From Antedon mediterranea (Eukaryota > Animalia > Echinodermata): a stretch of 64,000 nucleotides of DNA. A program made the position numbers and the translations under genes. Under the pieces are notes generated by a model. That model ran no database searches, was not told the origin of the DNA, and saw only the letters and a list, made by a program, of their open reading frames with translations. Below, in pieces: positions 43,901 to 56,448 of the stretch (its first letter is position 1; each line of letters starts with the position of its first letter). The DNA is taken from assembly GCF_964355755.1 (NCBI RefSeq), contig NC_092678.1:4232422-4296421 (forward strand). Direction: 5' to 3'.

Positions 43901-46900
43901 ATATTTAATTAACATTGAAAATTTCAATATTGTTTAATATCTTAAATCTTCTGTCATGGTATAAGAATAGATGAGTTTGGATCTGTCAAGACAAATTTAA
44001 ACTTAATCATTTTCATTCATTCAGTCAAGTTAAATAAGGCAGCCTTGCTGTTGTCGGTACACCAGTGAGATCAACTCAGCTTTATAGTTTTCCAATTTTT
44101 TTAGATGTTGGTAAGCTTCTGTAAATTTATTATCGATAAGGGAATTGAGGAAGAAATTTTATAGTTACACATTTCAATTGGTTCACTTACGAGCAATGAA
44201 GTGTACTCAAATTAACTATCGTACGATTGTAAAATAATAAGATGTTTTCTTAATATAATTATAACGATAATCAGTGGCGTCATTTAAAGGATTAAAGTTG
44301 TCATTTTAGGAAAACGGAAATACTATAACAATTTTGAAAATTATTTTTTAAATTGTTTTGTTTGACGTATACATATTGACAATATATTGATTTAAATATC
44401 AATGGAAAAGACACAAACATTCTAGGTAATTTGAATATATTTTTCAGCCTGCATAATTAGAATATATTTGCTATGAATAGACATACTATGTATAAATATA
44501 GATGTTAAAACTATATATAGAATATTGTGGTAGCTGGGATACCTAATACTAAATACACTGAAGTGAAAGTTCTTGACTATGACATGTATAGGTCTGTGAC
44601 CTTATAGCGTGACAGGAGGTTGTTTTGGGTTTGAAATGAGATGCAACAACATAACAAAGACGGTTCTCTATCACGTTCTATTTGCACAAACTCTGAATTC
44701 TAATTTTTAAAGAAAAGACCTTAAAATATACTGGATTACCATCAGAATTATGTGTTTTATCTCATGAATAGCATTAATTGCTAGGATGACAATTAAAAAA
44801 TGTTTTCTAAACTCTTGTCTGGGAGCTAATGAGACATTTGTAGTGGTAATTTATACTAAAGCCAGGCCTAGGACATGAACTTAGGATTTAATAATTGATA
44901 AAACAAACATGATTATAGTTCCACTACAGGTAGAACCCTATTATTTGGCTATAGGAAAAAAAAGTGCTCGGCATTACGCAGCAAAAATGTCATCAGTCGA
45001 AACAAACGCCGAGAAACTCATTAACTTCTATCTTCCTGTTCGGTTTGTCCCATTGAAGTAGGACCCACTGAATATTTTAATAGCATAGGATGTGTTAACG
45101 CCGTTTACAGGTTGCGTGTATGCGGTCAACACTCAATGTCCTTGGAACAAATTTGCCCTCCCCAACGTCGTTCACAGTCAAATATTTCAATGTACTCATA
45201 TGAACAGCAAGTTCAACACTTGTCTAAAACACATGGATCCAATTATTATCAAAGGAACTGCTTTCCTTAGAATTGTTTGGCTTACTTAACTTATCCTAAG
45301 GTTTGTCCTGTTGTGGTATAAAACAACAACGTTTACATCATCAATTACCTTAAAATTAATTTCTATAATTTTGTTTTGATATTTCCATATAATGATGATG
45401 TGTTGGAAATGAACACAGCATTTTTCAACAAGTCCTACACATTTATTTTTGGAATTATTAGAAAGCCAAAAAGGTACAAAATAAAGATTTCAACAAAACC
45501 TCATGAAATTAAGTACAGTACATTGAAAAACAAAAAATAAATTATGGTTTTGGCAAGAGTAACTACTGTTTGAGAATAGGAAATAGAACTAAAAACAAAA
45601 ATAATTAACACTCCTGTTATTACTGTATGCATTATAAATTATTATTATATAAAGTAGGCCTAATTCTAAATTAATTTATAAACTTGTAAAACCATGGACA
45701 TAATAAATAATATGTTGGTATTATATATACAGGTATTACCATCGTCAAAATTGGTTCAAGACAATTAACAATCGAAGTCAACTGGAGAGCAACAAACTGT
45801 GGAAAACTTATATTAAAATAAACAAAACACAAAGGATTATAAATTGCTTACTACCAACAATGCTAATATTTATAAATTGCCAAATGAAGAAGAAAAAGAA
45901 TAAAGAAAGCAGAATTGAAACTATGGGTGACTCATCTAGTCATACAGTATAGAAAACACCTGTACAGATTTTATATTACAGAGAACAATTCTTAGTCAAT
46001 TGCACCCTACTTGTTTCAGAACGCACGCTGTTATCGCTTGTTGACATAATGACCGAACTGAATAAGAAGTTGACAGATTAAAGGAGCTATTGCTTGGAAT
46101 TGCATAAAGTAAAAAAGGCAGTGAAATGAAGTGTGATATCAATGCTACTGAAATAAACGGAACGAAACAAAGAGGTGACCGAGAACGGAAGGGTCAAGAC
46201 GAGGTGCGTGTATAGATGAACAGGTCAAGATATGACATCAGGATGGTTGTAGTAGAATCTAGCACTCTTGACCATGTACTATTTGGTATTGAACAGCTTC
46301 CAATGTTTCTTTATGAATGTAATATTTTTATTTTGGTATTAAGTGGTCCACACGCCTTGGCTAACAATATAGGGCAAGGTAATTCTTAAATGACCCAAAG
46401 TTAAAATAAAAATAATATGTGATCCATGTGAACATATCTTAAAATATTAATCATTAGTAACTAAAACCCAAAAAGCAGTTATCCTTAATAGTTCTGAATG
46501 AAATATAAAAAATTCATCTGCTATCAACACAAGAATTGAAATACTAAATACCTCGCATTAAATTTAAAAGTTGAACTTATATAACATTAGATTTTAAGCT
46601 TAAGATTTCTTTATTTAAAATTTATAATGTTTATTTGATAAAGAAAAATTACTTTTGGAAAGTCAATCGGTTAATAGTCTTCTACAATGATTTTGATTTT
46701 TTTTAAACTGATGAAACTGTTCGGTTGGTTTCATGTCAAGTTGCCTTAAGCTACAAATGACAAATACACAGCTTGACAGCAAATGAAGTACTGTACTTGA
46801 TAAATAAGCATACTATTCATTTTTTGTAAGTAAAGATCATTTATTTCTCCATGTAAAGATGAAACAAGTCATGTTTGCTGTATCATATTATGAAAGGATT

Positions 46901-47264
46901 TTTCAGTTTTGCAGCAGTTTTGCTACGCCATTCCTGTCTTCCTATGTTTTAAAGATTGGATCTACTTTATTGAATGGAGTCACACCTTCTAATTTTCCGG
47001 CACACCTACAGTACCAGTTCAAGACCATCCCCAACCTTTCCCCACCTCACCCCCTCCCCCCCCCCCCACTCAACCACGGATTGAGTCACTCACCTTATCA
47101 ATATCATGTCTCCCACCCCGACTGAGCATTAGAAATTAGCCAAAAGAATGATTAAATCTTACCTGTAGCGCATGGCCAACTTTCTTCACAGAAGATACTG
47201 GGGATAAGAGGCTAACTAGTGATGTTCCTTTCACTAATGACCGCGCACGTCGAGTACCAGATTC
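34998..47264 (-). CDS. NET1: DH-PH Rho guanine nucleotide exchange factor, NET1/ARHGEF3 orthologue (5' end incomplete)
   Basis: Exons 47264-47163, 41252-41085, 39790-39631, 38208-38132, 37718-37458, 36181-36011, 35659-35473, 35170-34998 in frame. Motifs: LQRSMSFR, KRRDSRLWSET, IKRQEAIFEL, YCSNQLAAK, SPFSRKLDLWNFLDVPRSRLVKYPLLL, YQVHRQPIPV, LQANDEHDKKQWL. NET1 versus ARHGEF3 cannot be separated. Confidence 0.93.
40898..41006 (+). mobile_element. Penelope-like terminal-repeat fragment with hammerhead motif (copy 2, core mutated)
   Basis: Homologous to 4973-5085; core reads CTGGTGA..GGGC-TAGTGTT-GCCT-GAAA-GC-TC-TGC. Confidence 0.6.
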
Positions 47265-50200
47265 CTGTAAAGTATAAATAAATTACTTATTAAAATACCT
47301 GCATTAAGCATTATTATAAACATTAAGATCATAAATATATCATATATCATTATTAAATACATAATAAAGCTATGCCTTCATTTAAAATACTGTCAATAAA
47401 TCATGTTTCTCAGAACTAACATAATTTAAATATTCCCAACAGCATGTGAAACTGAAAGAATCAACCTGGACAGATGAAACAAATATGAAAGATCAAATTG
47501 GCTAATTATACAATGTTGGTGTGTGTGTGTGTGTCTGTTGATCTATATGTGTTTGTGTATTTATATGTTTACATTTATTTATATAAGTATATAATCTTCT
47601 TACATGGCTTCCCAACATACAAGTTTCAATTGGATTTTTTTTTTTTCCAATTGATCGATACTTTCTTGGGTTTTTTTGCCTCTTTCATTTTGTATATATA
47701 ACTGAATCATCTTTTTATACATTATGATTTACTGTATTATATCTCTAAAAAAAAAAATATTTTTTTATAAAATATCAGAAATTATAATGTTTTTTACTCA
47801 AATATGAATGAAAGAAATAAATGTTTATTTGAATTGAATTGAATTACAAATTCCTAAGCATCACCCTTTAGGTGGTGATCATAAATACATTTACGTCCTT
47901 ACAACAAGGATACAATATCTGATGGTATGAATACAAATATTTCTTAGTACTTTATGAGGATAAAAGATTAGAAAGGCATTCACAGTGAGGAGTTTTCAAA
48001 TTTAAACTTTAAATATTGAACTTTTATTCTTCGACAATATACTTTATTTATGATTGATTTATATGATTTTACAAAGTTAATTCTATAAAGAAATTCTAAG
48101 TTGTTAAAACCAATTTCAGGTAAATGGCTTGAGACCATATTCCTAATAAGTTCATTAAATATTCTATATAACCAAAAAATAGGATAAATTTATTTGACAC
48201 AGTAGCAAACATGTTTTTGTATTGTGTAATAATTTGCAGTTTCTACAGGGTATTTCCCCAATATAATAATCTCAAAATTCCACGAATAGTCCCACTATAT
48301 ATCTATAGTAGCTGTAGCTTTGAGGAACTGGACCAGGTAATAATCTAGTAACTGGAATTTGAAGAATGTGTTGGCAAGGACCAATTTTATAATTATGTAT
48401 AAATAACCACAATTTACATGGGCATAAATAAACAAAAAATATTCTGTTTACCCCATAGCATACCATACATTTAAAACGCGGTTTTAAGGCCTACTTTTAA
48501 GATTCAGATATCAGGATCTTTCATAACATTTAAGTGTAAACGAGACAATAAGTGCTTTGTTCTCGCTAACGTCATTTGATCTTTTGTGATGTCATTAGAA
48601 GTTTTTTATTTAAATAATTCAAGATATATATACAAGATTGGATAATGGTTTGTAGGCACTTACGAACCTGTTAACAAAAAACCCACTCAATCCAAACAAA
48701 TATCATTATGAACAAAGTTACATTTCCCACACCACCTAAAATTTAAAAAATCTTTAGACAATTCTTTTTAAACCACACGAATTGTTTTGACCAAACTGTA
48801 TACTGGAGCTAGAAATTGCTAAGAGATTATTGTACAGAACCCTGTATATAAATGCCTAGATAGTAAACTACTGTAGAAAGTTCATTCATGTCCAGTGACT
48901 GAGAGTATATAGCACCAGTTTTACTGGTTGGATAAGTTCCGAATGTAAGGCTTACTTTGTATTCAGTCTATGATCAACAACCTAACTTTCTTTGTGTCTT
49001 GGTGGGTTAATGAAAAATTACATAATAATAACAGTTATTATTCTTCTTTGAAAGTAAACATTTCGTCAGTTAGTATGTCAATTTGAGGTCACACGGAACA
49101 GCGAGGTACTTCAATGACAGCTTAATAATCCAAACTTCCTGTACGCATTATGAATTAAGTTCTCAGAAAACTTTCCACAATGCACGACATCAGAACCTCT
49201 AATTGTTTTGTGGTGTCTGCCGTACCTGGGTCTCTGACCTCTAATTAACGTTTAACTTCGAAAAAGTGTTTAAATGTAAACTAATGTAGTTTTATCTAAC
49301 TTTTATTGCCAAAATTAAGATTACAAAGCAAACATTAGCAATAGGACATTAGATAGAGAACATAGATTGTCCTAAAGCCATTACAAATACAAACATTAGG
49401 TTGAAGATGCCGACAGGTTGTCGGCGCAACGTCATTAAAAGTGTTTTAAAGTATGTTATTTTGGTAATAAACTAAAAGACAAAATTCAATACCTGATAGA
49501 TGGGATGACCCCATTTACAAAGAAATCTAGAAACTTGCGATACCACATCTTAATTTTCTTTTCAAACCAAGTCAAAGTTTAAAAAAAATCATAAACTGGT
49601 GGTGTGGACACACTCTTAATTTTTATGTTGATACTTCTACTACTGTTTTGTGTGTTCGTCATTTAGTTTATTGGTTTTTATTTATGATGTCCCGAATTTA
49701 TCCTTGCTTCACTGCGTAAGCAGGCGTTATATCATGGACACTTTCACACAGATCAGGCTTACGACTGTGACGGTAATATTACCGCAATTTTACTAGGTCC
49801 AGAGGCGATCTAACGGAAGCCGACATTAAGGGGTTTTTACCCTTTCACACATAAGCCGGCGTTCGCGAATTACCACAATATTACAGTCTTTCAGCTCTGT
49901 GTGAAAGGGGCTCTTGAGACAAATTAAAAAATAACAAAAGCACAAACAATAAAAGAAATGCAAAGAATAATTCTACAAAATATAAAAAATTTACACACAT
50001 TTCTCAAACAAACCACCAATGGTACTCATAAAATAATAAGTGTTTATTAATATTAAGGTGTCGGACATCTACATACTGTATTTTTATTAATGTAATATGT
50101 CATACTGTAGTCAAATCAACAATGTTAAAATACACAAACATGTCAAAACAAACTACCTACCTGTACATGTCATGTAAAATTCATTTTTATTGCAGTAAAT

Positions 50201-53200
50201 ACAGAATTCTTAGTTAGTAAATTTTGAAGGTTTGAAAATGCCAAAACAAGGTGGTCTTCTTATGTAATTGAAAAGTGAAAATTATATAAAAATGAAATTA
50301 GCACTGATTAATAAAACTGAAGTTCTTCCTATCTGTCGGTTTATAATGAATTGGATTTTAAAAGGTCAATGAAAACAACATTTTATCTTGACATTCTAAA
50401 TGACATAATACAACATATAAAATACTATCTGTATAATGCATTGCAATTAATCATCATGACACTAAATGAAATGTCATACCTTGTTCATTCAATATGATAC
50501 AACAAACATCTTTTATGGGTTATTTTTCACCTAACAAATGTTATAAATGTCACAGGTTACTTGTGTCAGCCAAACCATATTCTTATTTTATATATTTTGT
50601 AAATAAAATTGAGAATTCTTGAAAATGGTTTCATGATGGTTCCGAAACTTCGATCTTTTTGTCATTAAATTTAATTTTAAAGTTATATAGTAAACAACTC
50701 TTAGCAAGAAAAATTTGTTTTTATTATAATGTTTATTAATACATACTTTTCAACATCACATAAAATAATTTATCCATTTTATGATAGGTTAGACTAATTA
50801 CCAATACAGTACAATGCTTGGAATGTAGTATCCTTTTTGTTATCAAAAGTAAATTCCTAAGTATGGAATTTTAAAACACCAAACTTGGAAGGTCATTTAA
50901 TATAAATATTAGAAGTTAAATTCCAAGGGCAGATGATATTGCAGGCTGCTTACAAAGCTATTGTACTTTGTGATTTACCTGACAGGATTAGTACAGTAAT
51001 GTACACTGTCAATCATAACCCTTGGTGGTATTGGAGATGGAATGAGAGGGGGGTTATTTTGAGAGGGCATTGAGCCTTTTGAATGAAACTACACAAAATG
51101 ATATGGGTAGGGAACATGATATGAATCCAAGGTCAGGAATCAGTTAATGAGAAAGGTATTCAAATGTAGGCTTTGAACTTGATAATGTTGAAGATGGTTG
51201 TCTTGATAACCTTGGATGTGCATACCTGACTGGAGGGCAATGCCTCCCAAAGTGTGCGACAAATTTTACACATCAGATAGTGCTTCAAGGGTGTCTCCAT
51301 TAATGGCCAGCGTGACATATATCTTAAATTAATAGGTTTGCTTTAGCATGCTTTAGCATATTGACACCAATACCAATTAGTTCTTTATATAATGATCAAT
51401 TGATTATACAGACTACAGGAATTTTAATGAGTTTTAGAATGGAATACTATTCTTGATAAACTCAGTCAATCTCTTCCAAGAACCGATAATACAGCAAGCA
51501 TGTAAAACATACTTAAGCAAAACGTGACGAGATGTCCTGTACGTGCGATATGCATTAACATTTTTTACGCTTTCATATTGACCTTGAACATTGCGCATGT
51601 CGAACCCAATGATAGTGCATCAGTTAGGATCAAAGTTTGTATAAATGTTTTTCAAGTTAAGTTAACTTAACTATAGTGTAAATATATTTGCTTTATGAAT
51701 CATTGTTCAGTAAACAATTTGATTTTTATTGTGTGTATAGTAGCATAGTGTCTCCTGGTAATAAACAAAATTTGTCAATGAATAAGGTGTATAATTAGCT
51801 CTAAACTTATTACTTCATTTTGGCGCCACAAAATCAACAGACATTTAGAAAAAAAGCCTTGGCCTCCAGGTGTGATGGACTCTTTTGTTTTCCTTTTGCA
51901 ACAAAAAACTCACCTAGTCCCACAACAAAGGTTTTACCTCGGCCAGCAGAATAAGTTACGTTGATAGCAGGTTTTTAATGTAATAATTATGGGCTCTATT
52001 TAGCCTGCAGATTAAAAATTAGGAAGTTCTTAATCAGGCTGAAAAAGACCAACAAAGTGATTGTTAGCAATGTATACAACCAAAGTGTTGATTTGTTATT
52101 GAGTTGTGGAGGTTAACGCCACAAGGAATGACTCTGTTTCTTTGTTAAAACGTAGTAAAAGTAATTATTTTTGACTTTTATACAACTTCTTTGAAGTTAA
52201 ATGAATTGGAAAACGAATAAATAAATGATTATTTTAAAGCAAAACTATTACTCCTTTTGATGTGACTCACTATAGGTGTTTACCATTATTGACTACAAAG
52301 GCTCTGTGACTTTCATAGAAGAAATTACTTTTCTCAATGTTTCAAATAAAAAAAGGTTTTAGAATATAATTCATTCAGAAATGGAAACAAATGGTATTTT
52401 AATGCTAGTGATAAAAAGATACAGTATTTTCCACAAAAAAAGAAACAAGTTAAATCCTTTACCTATCCACCAAGTTCATTAGAAATGCCAATGATCTTTA
52501 GTAAAAAGAAATTTGTGGAAGCCAGTGAAAAGAAATTTTTTGTTCAAGCAAGCACAAACATTTGTCAAAATACAAAGTGCTAAGTTAAAACGAAAATGAT
52601 TGCTAAACAATACAAATATAGTACCAGCAAAATTATTGATGCATGGAAAACAATATTTCAAAGGAAAGGTTTAATAATCATAGGGATATTCAGAACAGAA
52701 TCTTGTTATCCACTTAATGTCAATGATCTTGAATGAAAAGAAATTCATGGAAGCAAGCAAGTATAAAACACCGCATTTGACACAATACAAACACGTTTAA
52801 TATTTTAAGTGACAACTTAATACGAAAATTATGAGCTTCCATTTAAAAGGATGACAATATTATTACAGGTGGTGGAAAAACAATTATTGATGCATAAAAA
52901 ATCATTTATATGAGAATTGATTGTTATAATAATAAAAGTGGTTTATTGATGATAGCGGAACAGTCTGATGTAAAGATATAGAGTTCTATTTTCTGGCTTT
53001 ATTTCTAAAAAACAACACAGTTCTTGGAAAGAAATAATGTAATTTGAAGATGAGTTACTAAATAACCTCAAACAAAATATAATAATACAAAGAAGAGTGT
53101 ATTCCATGAAAGCTGTTTCTAAAAGAAATAGCAACTGGAGTAACAACCTGAATGGTGCACTTTAATTAGACCGAGATCTGGATAAGAATATAGGATATAC

Positions 53201-53241
53201 AGGTACTAGCGTGAACATGCCAGGTCTAAAGCCTTCTCACT

Positions 53242-54158
53242 GGCCCCGTTTCTGCTGCCAAAAATATACCGTATATATACGGTATATTTTATATACGGTA
53301 TATTTTTTGGCAGCAGAAATGGGTCTCATAAAAAATATACTGTATATATTTGCGGTATATATACTGCATAAATATCCCCATCGTTTGTGGATATTATACG
53401 GTATATTCCAAAATATACCGTATATTTCGTTCCCCGTTTCTGCTGCACTCAAAATATACCGTAAATGTGACCCGACTCATGACACGAGGTCAAAAACTAA
53501 CAGAGCGCGACGCGTTTGTTTTGGTTTTTCTGCTGCATTGAAAGTTGAAACACACGTGTAAAAGCAAGCAACAGATCAAAATGTCACTGTGGACCGAACA
53601 AATCACTATTTTTGCAATTCAATTGTGGGGGAAGCTAAGGTTGGGGGGAGACTGCATGGCAACAGAAGAGATACCGAGATTTTAATTACAATAAATCGAA
53701 TGTTCTTACACGACAACAACGTGATGTAAAATCATGGTAAAATACTGTATGGAAATGGAAATTAAAACGGCAATATAGGATAATATAGCATAATATAAAC
53801 TCAATTTGAATAACAGAGTTTATTTATAGTGACATTTCTAGATTGTGCTTGTATGTGCGGTGTAAATTCGTTGCCACTTCTGCTCATTAGATTTAAAATA
53901 GAAAGCAATGCTACGACGTTTTGAGAAACCATCATTGTTTTGATTTTGTCATGTAACCTCACTACACGAGACTCTAGGTCAATCCATACTTCCGTCTCAC
54001 GAAATGCATTTTGGGTAATGAAAGCCAACTTTTTTACAACCCACCCACGAAGTATGTGCAGCGGAAACGGTGCACGAATTTCATATACGGTATATATACG
54101 GTATATTTATACGGTATATTTATACGGTATATTTTGGGTTGGCAGCAGAAACGGGCCC
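53242..54158. mobile_element. Non-autonomous DNA transposon (PIF/Harbinger-like), 917 bp
   Basis: TIRs GGCCCCGTTTCTGCTGCCAA / TTGGCAGCAGAAACGGGCCC (19/20), 3-bp TSD ACT, subterminal TATACGGTATA arrays. Confidence 0.85.
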
Positions 54159-55264
54159 ACTGTTGGACTAACAGTTAATCCAAGGTTTGCATTTGGATCA
54201 GACATTGCACATGTGCATGATAAAGGTATTGGTACACTATTTAAAAAGAGTATGGGATTGTCTCTTGGTGTGCTGATCATGGCCCTGTACTTGGCTCTCT
54301 GGGAGAACTGTCTTGTACTGAAGACCAGTATCAAAAAGCAATACATTTTTAAAAGTTAACTAAGAATATTCTGAAGAATCTCTTCCTGACATTTTTTTCC
54401 ATGAATTCCACACCTGTATTATTCTTTCCATCTTATAAAAGGGCTAAAACTTTCCCATCGAATTGTAGAGATTTGCTATAATTGCCCCAGGTGAACCAAC
54501 ATGATATGGACGATGTATAAACTTAGTGCACCGGGCAAGATGGCCGTGCCCTACGGCAAATGTAAATTATACTAAGCATGAGACTTTGGTTCTACACCGA
54601 CTTAGCTTTCACAGACTCTTTGCCACCAACATGGTGGTGGGCATGTGTGTGAACATTACAATCTAGTCAGGCATAAAAGTTAGTTTGTGTACTCTGGACC
54701 AACAATAAAACAAAGATGGAGATGTCAATGATGACCTCTATTTCAATAATTGACCCATTAAATTATTCTCCTTGATTCTCAAAATCAGTTTATAACAAGT
54801 AAAAACTTTTTGCCGCTAATATTTTTCAAAAATTTGAAGACTAAAAAGAATGTACGTTGGCATTTCATTTGAGGGAATACCTAAAACAGGACACTCAAAA
54901 TAGAAAGTGAAATATAGTCTTCAGCTGGATTTCCATGTACGTAAGAAAGCGTTAAGAACCTGATAACATCTACGATTGACTAGCGAAGAAGCACATGACT
55001 ACACCGGGTGACAAGCCAACGTCACTGAACACATCTTGTGTTCGTCTGATTAGCATAAAGCGTGGCGAAAGAAGCAAAATCCTGCGATATAAGACTTAGT
55101 ATCACCAAGTTTGGATGTTCAATTGCTAATTGAATTTGTTATAGTTATGAAATTGTGCAATCTGCTGAGTTTCAAGAATTATTAATAAATTATTAACTTA
55201 TGTTATATAATTTACTGTCATTAGCTTTTTCCATAGAATAGAATACTCTACCTTTGTTGCCTAC

Positions 55265-55779
55265 TTGACCTGTATTTTCTTTTGTTCCCTTTTTTCTTTT
55301 TCTATCCTTTCTTCTATCTAGTTTTGCCCTACTTTGACGTAATTTTACTCTCTACAACAATTATAAAAAATAATAATTCTAGGACAGAACTAAAACTAAC
55401 AAGCTTCAATATTTATCAACTTCATGTACAGTATTGCTATATAAATTTATTACCACTAATAAGTAATAAATACAAAAACATTTTTAAAGACAATTTTCAT
55501 CTTTTTTAAACAATATTTAAAATCCATCAATTTAAACAGAAAAACCAGTGTCTGGTATTTTTCACTAGGCTTTTTTCATACCTTTTGTGCATGTAATATT
55601 TCCAGTGTATAAGACCCATAAGCATTAGACAAGCGTGCAGCAAAATCTTGTAGCATGGCAAAAGGGTTACTAAACGACACCTTCTTAAGACATACTCCAT
55701 CTTCTTCAAGAATTACATCCGTGCTCAGTGACATCGCGAACATATTATTATTGTTCTCTTCCACCATTTTGTATTCCAT
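55265..55779 (-). CDS. Candidate 5' exons of the RhoGEF (55779-55582 and 55351-~55265)
   Basis: ATG-initiated 66-codon exon ending AAG|GTATGA, then TTGTAG|RVKLRQSRAKLDRRKDRKRKKGTKENTGQ with a phase-0 donor CAA|GTAGGC compatible with exon 47264; basic NLS-like stretch as in NET1 N-termini; no homology proof. Confidence 0.45.
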
Positions 55780-56217
55780 ATCTATACAACACTATCATCA
55801 AAATGAACAAGGCTGCATTTCAAACCATTTTACTTGTGGTTAATTAGGCCCTACAGGTGCAATTCTACACCCTACAGTATTGTCATTAAAAAAACAAGAG
55901 AACAAGGTCATAGACCTTGGTAAGCCACAAAATAGTTGCAACCAATCACAAGTCTACATAGTTTGGAATATACCATTGATAACATGGGGAATAAACTTAA
56001 CTTTCCAGCATTAAAAGAATACAAATTTCGACATTAAAATATGTAAATTTCACTTTTTGGATTATAAATTCAAGTGTCAGGTGAATCGTTACCAACAGTA
56101 CATCAACTAGGAATTGAATATATTTATCGCTGTAAATATCAACAAAAAAAACTAAGTAATTTTTATTTTCGTTGAATGATTGTTTGGGCAGATATTGCTT
56201 ACTAATTTAAAAAAAAA

Positions 56218-56448
56218 TTTTTTTTTTACCATATTTATTGAGGGTGATCCATCCAGCAATTGCTGATCATTAGGGACCCTCAGAGGTTCACAAGACAAAC
56301 ATATACACAAGATGCTGTACATAAACAAAGTCTTATTACAAGTCTTTGGGAGTGGAGTTGTAATTTTGTCCTGACATGGACGGGACTTGAACCCAGGACC
56401 CTTGGAGTGGTAGCCAAGCATCATAACCACCAAGCCACAACTCCACTC
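56218..56448 (-). mobile_element. tRNA-derived SINE (second family), copy 2
   Basis: A box TGGCTTGGTGG, B box GGTTCAAGTCC, A-rich tail on the minus strand; homologous to 25179-25355. Confidence 0.82.

Noticed and set aside
46708-46735. CTGATGA followed by a hairpin as a hammerhead or snoRNA
   Set aside because: No GAAA core, D box or terminal stem.
53211-54359. Several Tyr/Ile-rich ORFs
   Set aside because: They arise from TATACGGTATA repeats of the non-autonomous transposon; no transposase motifs.
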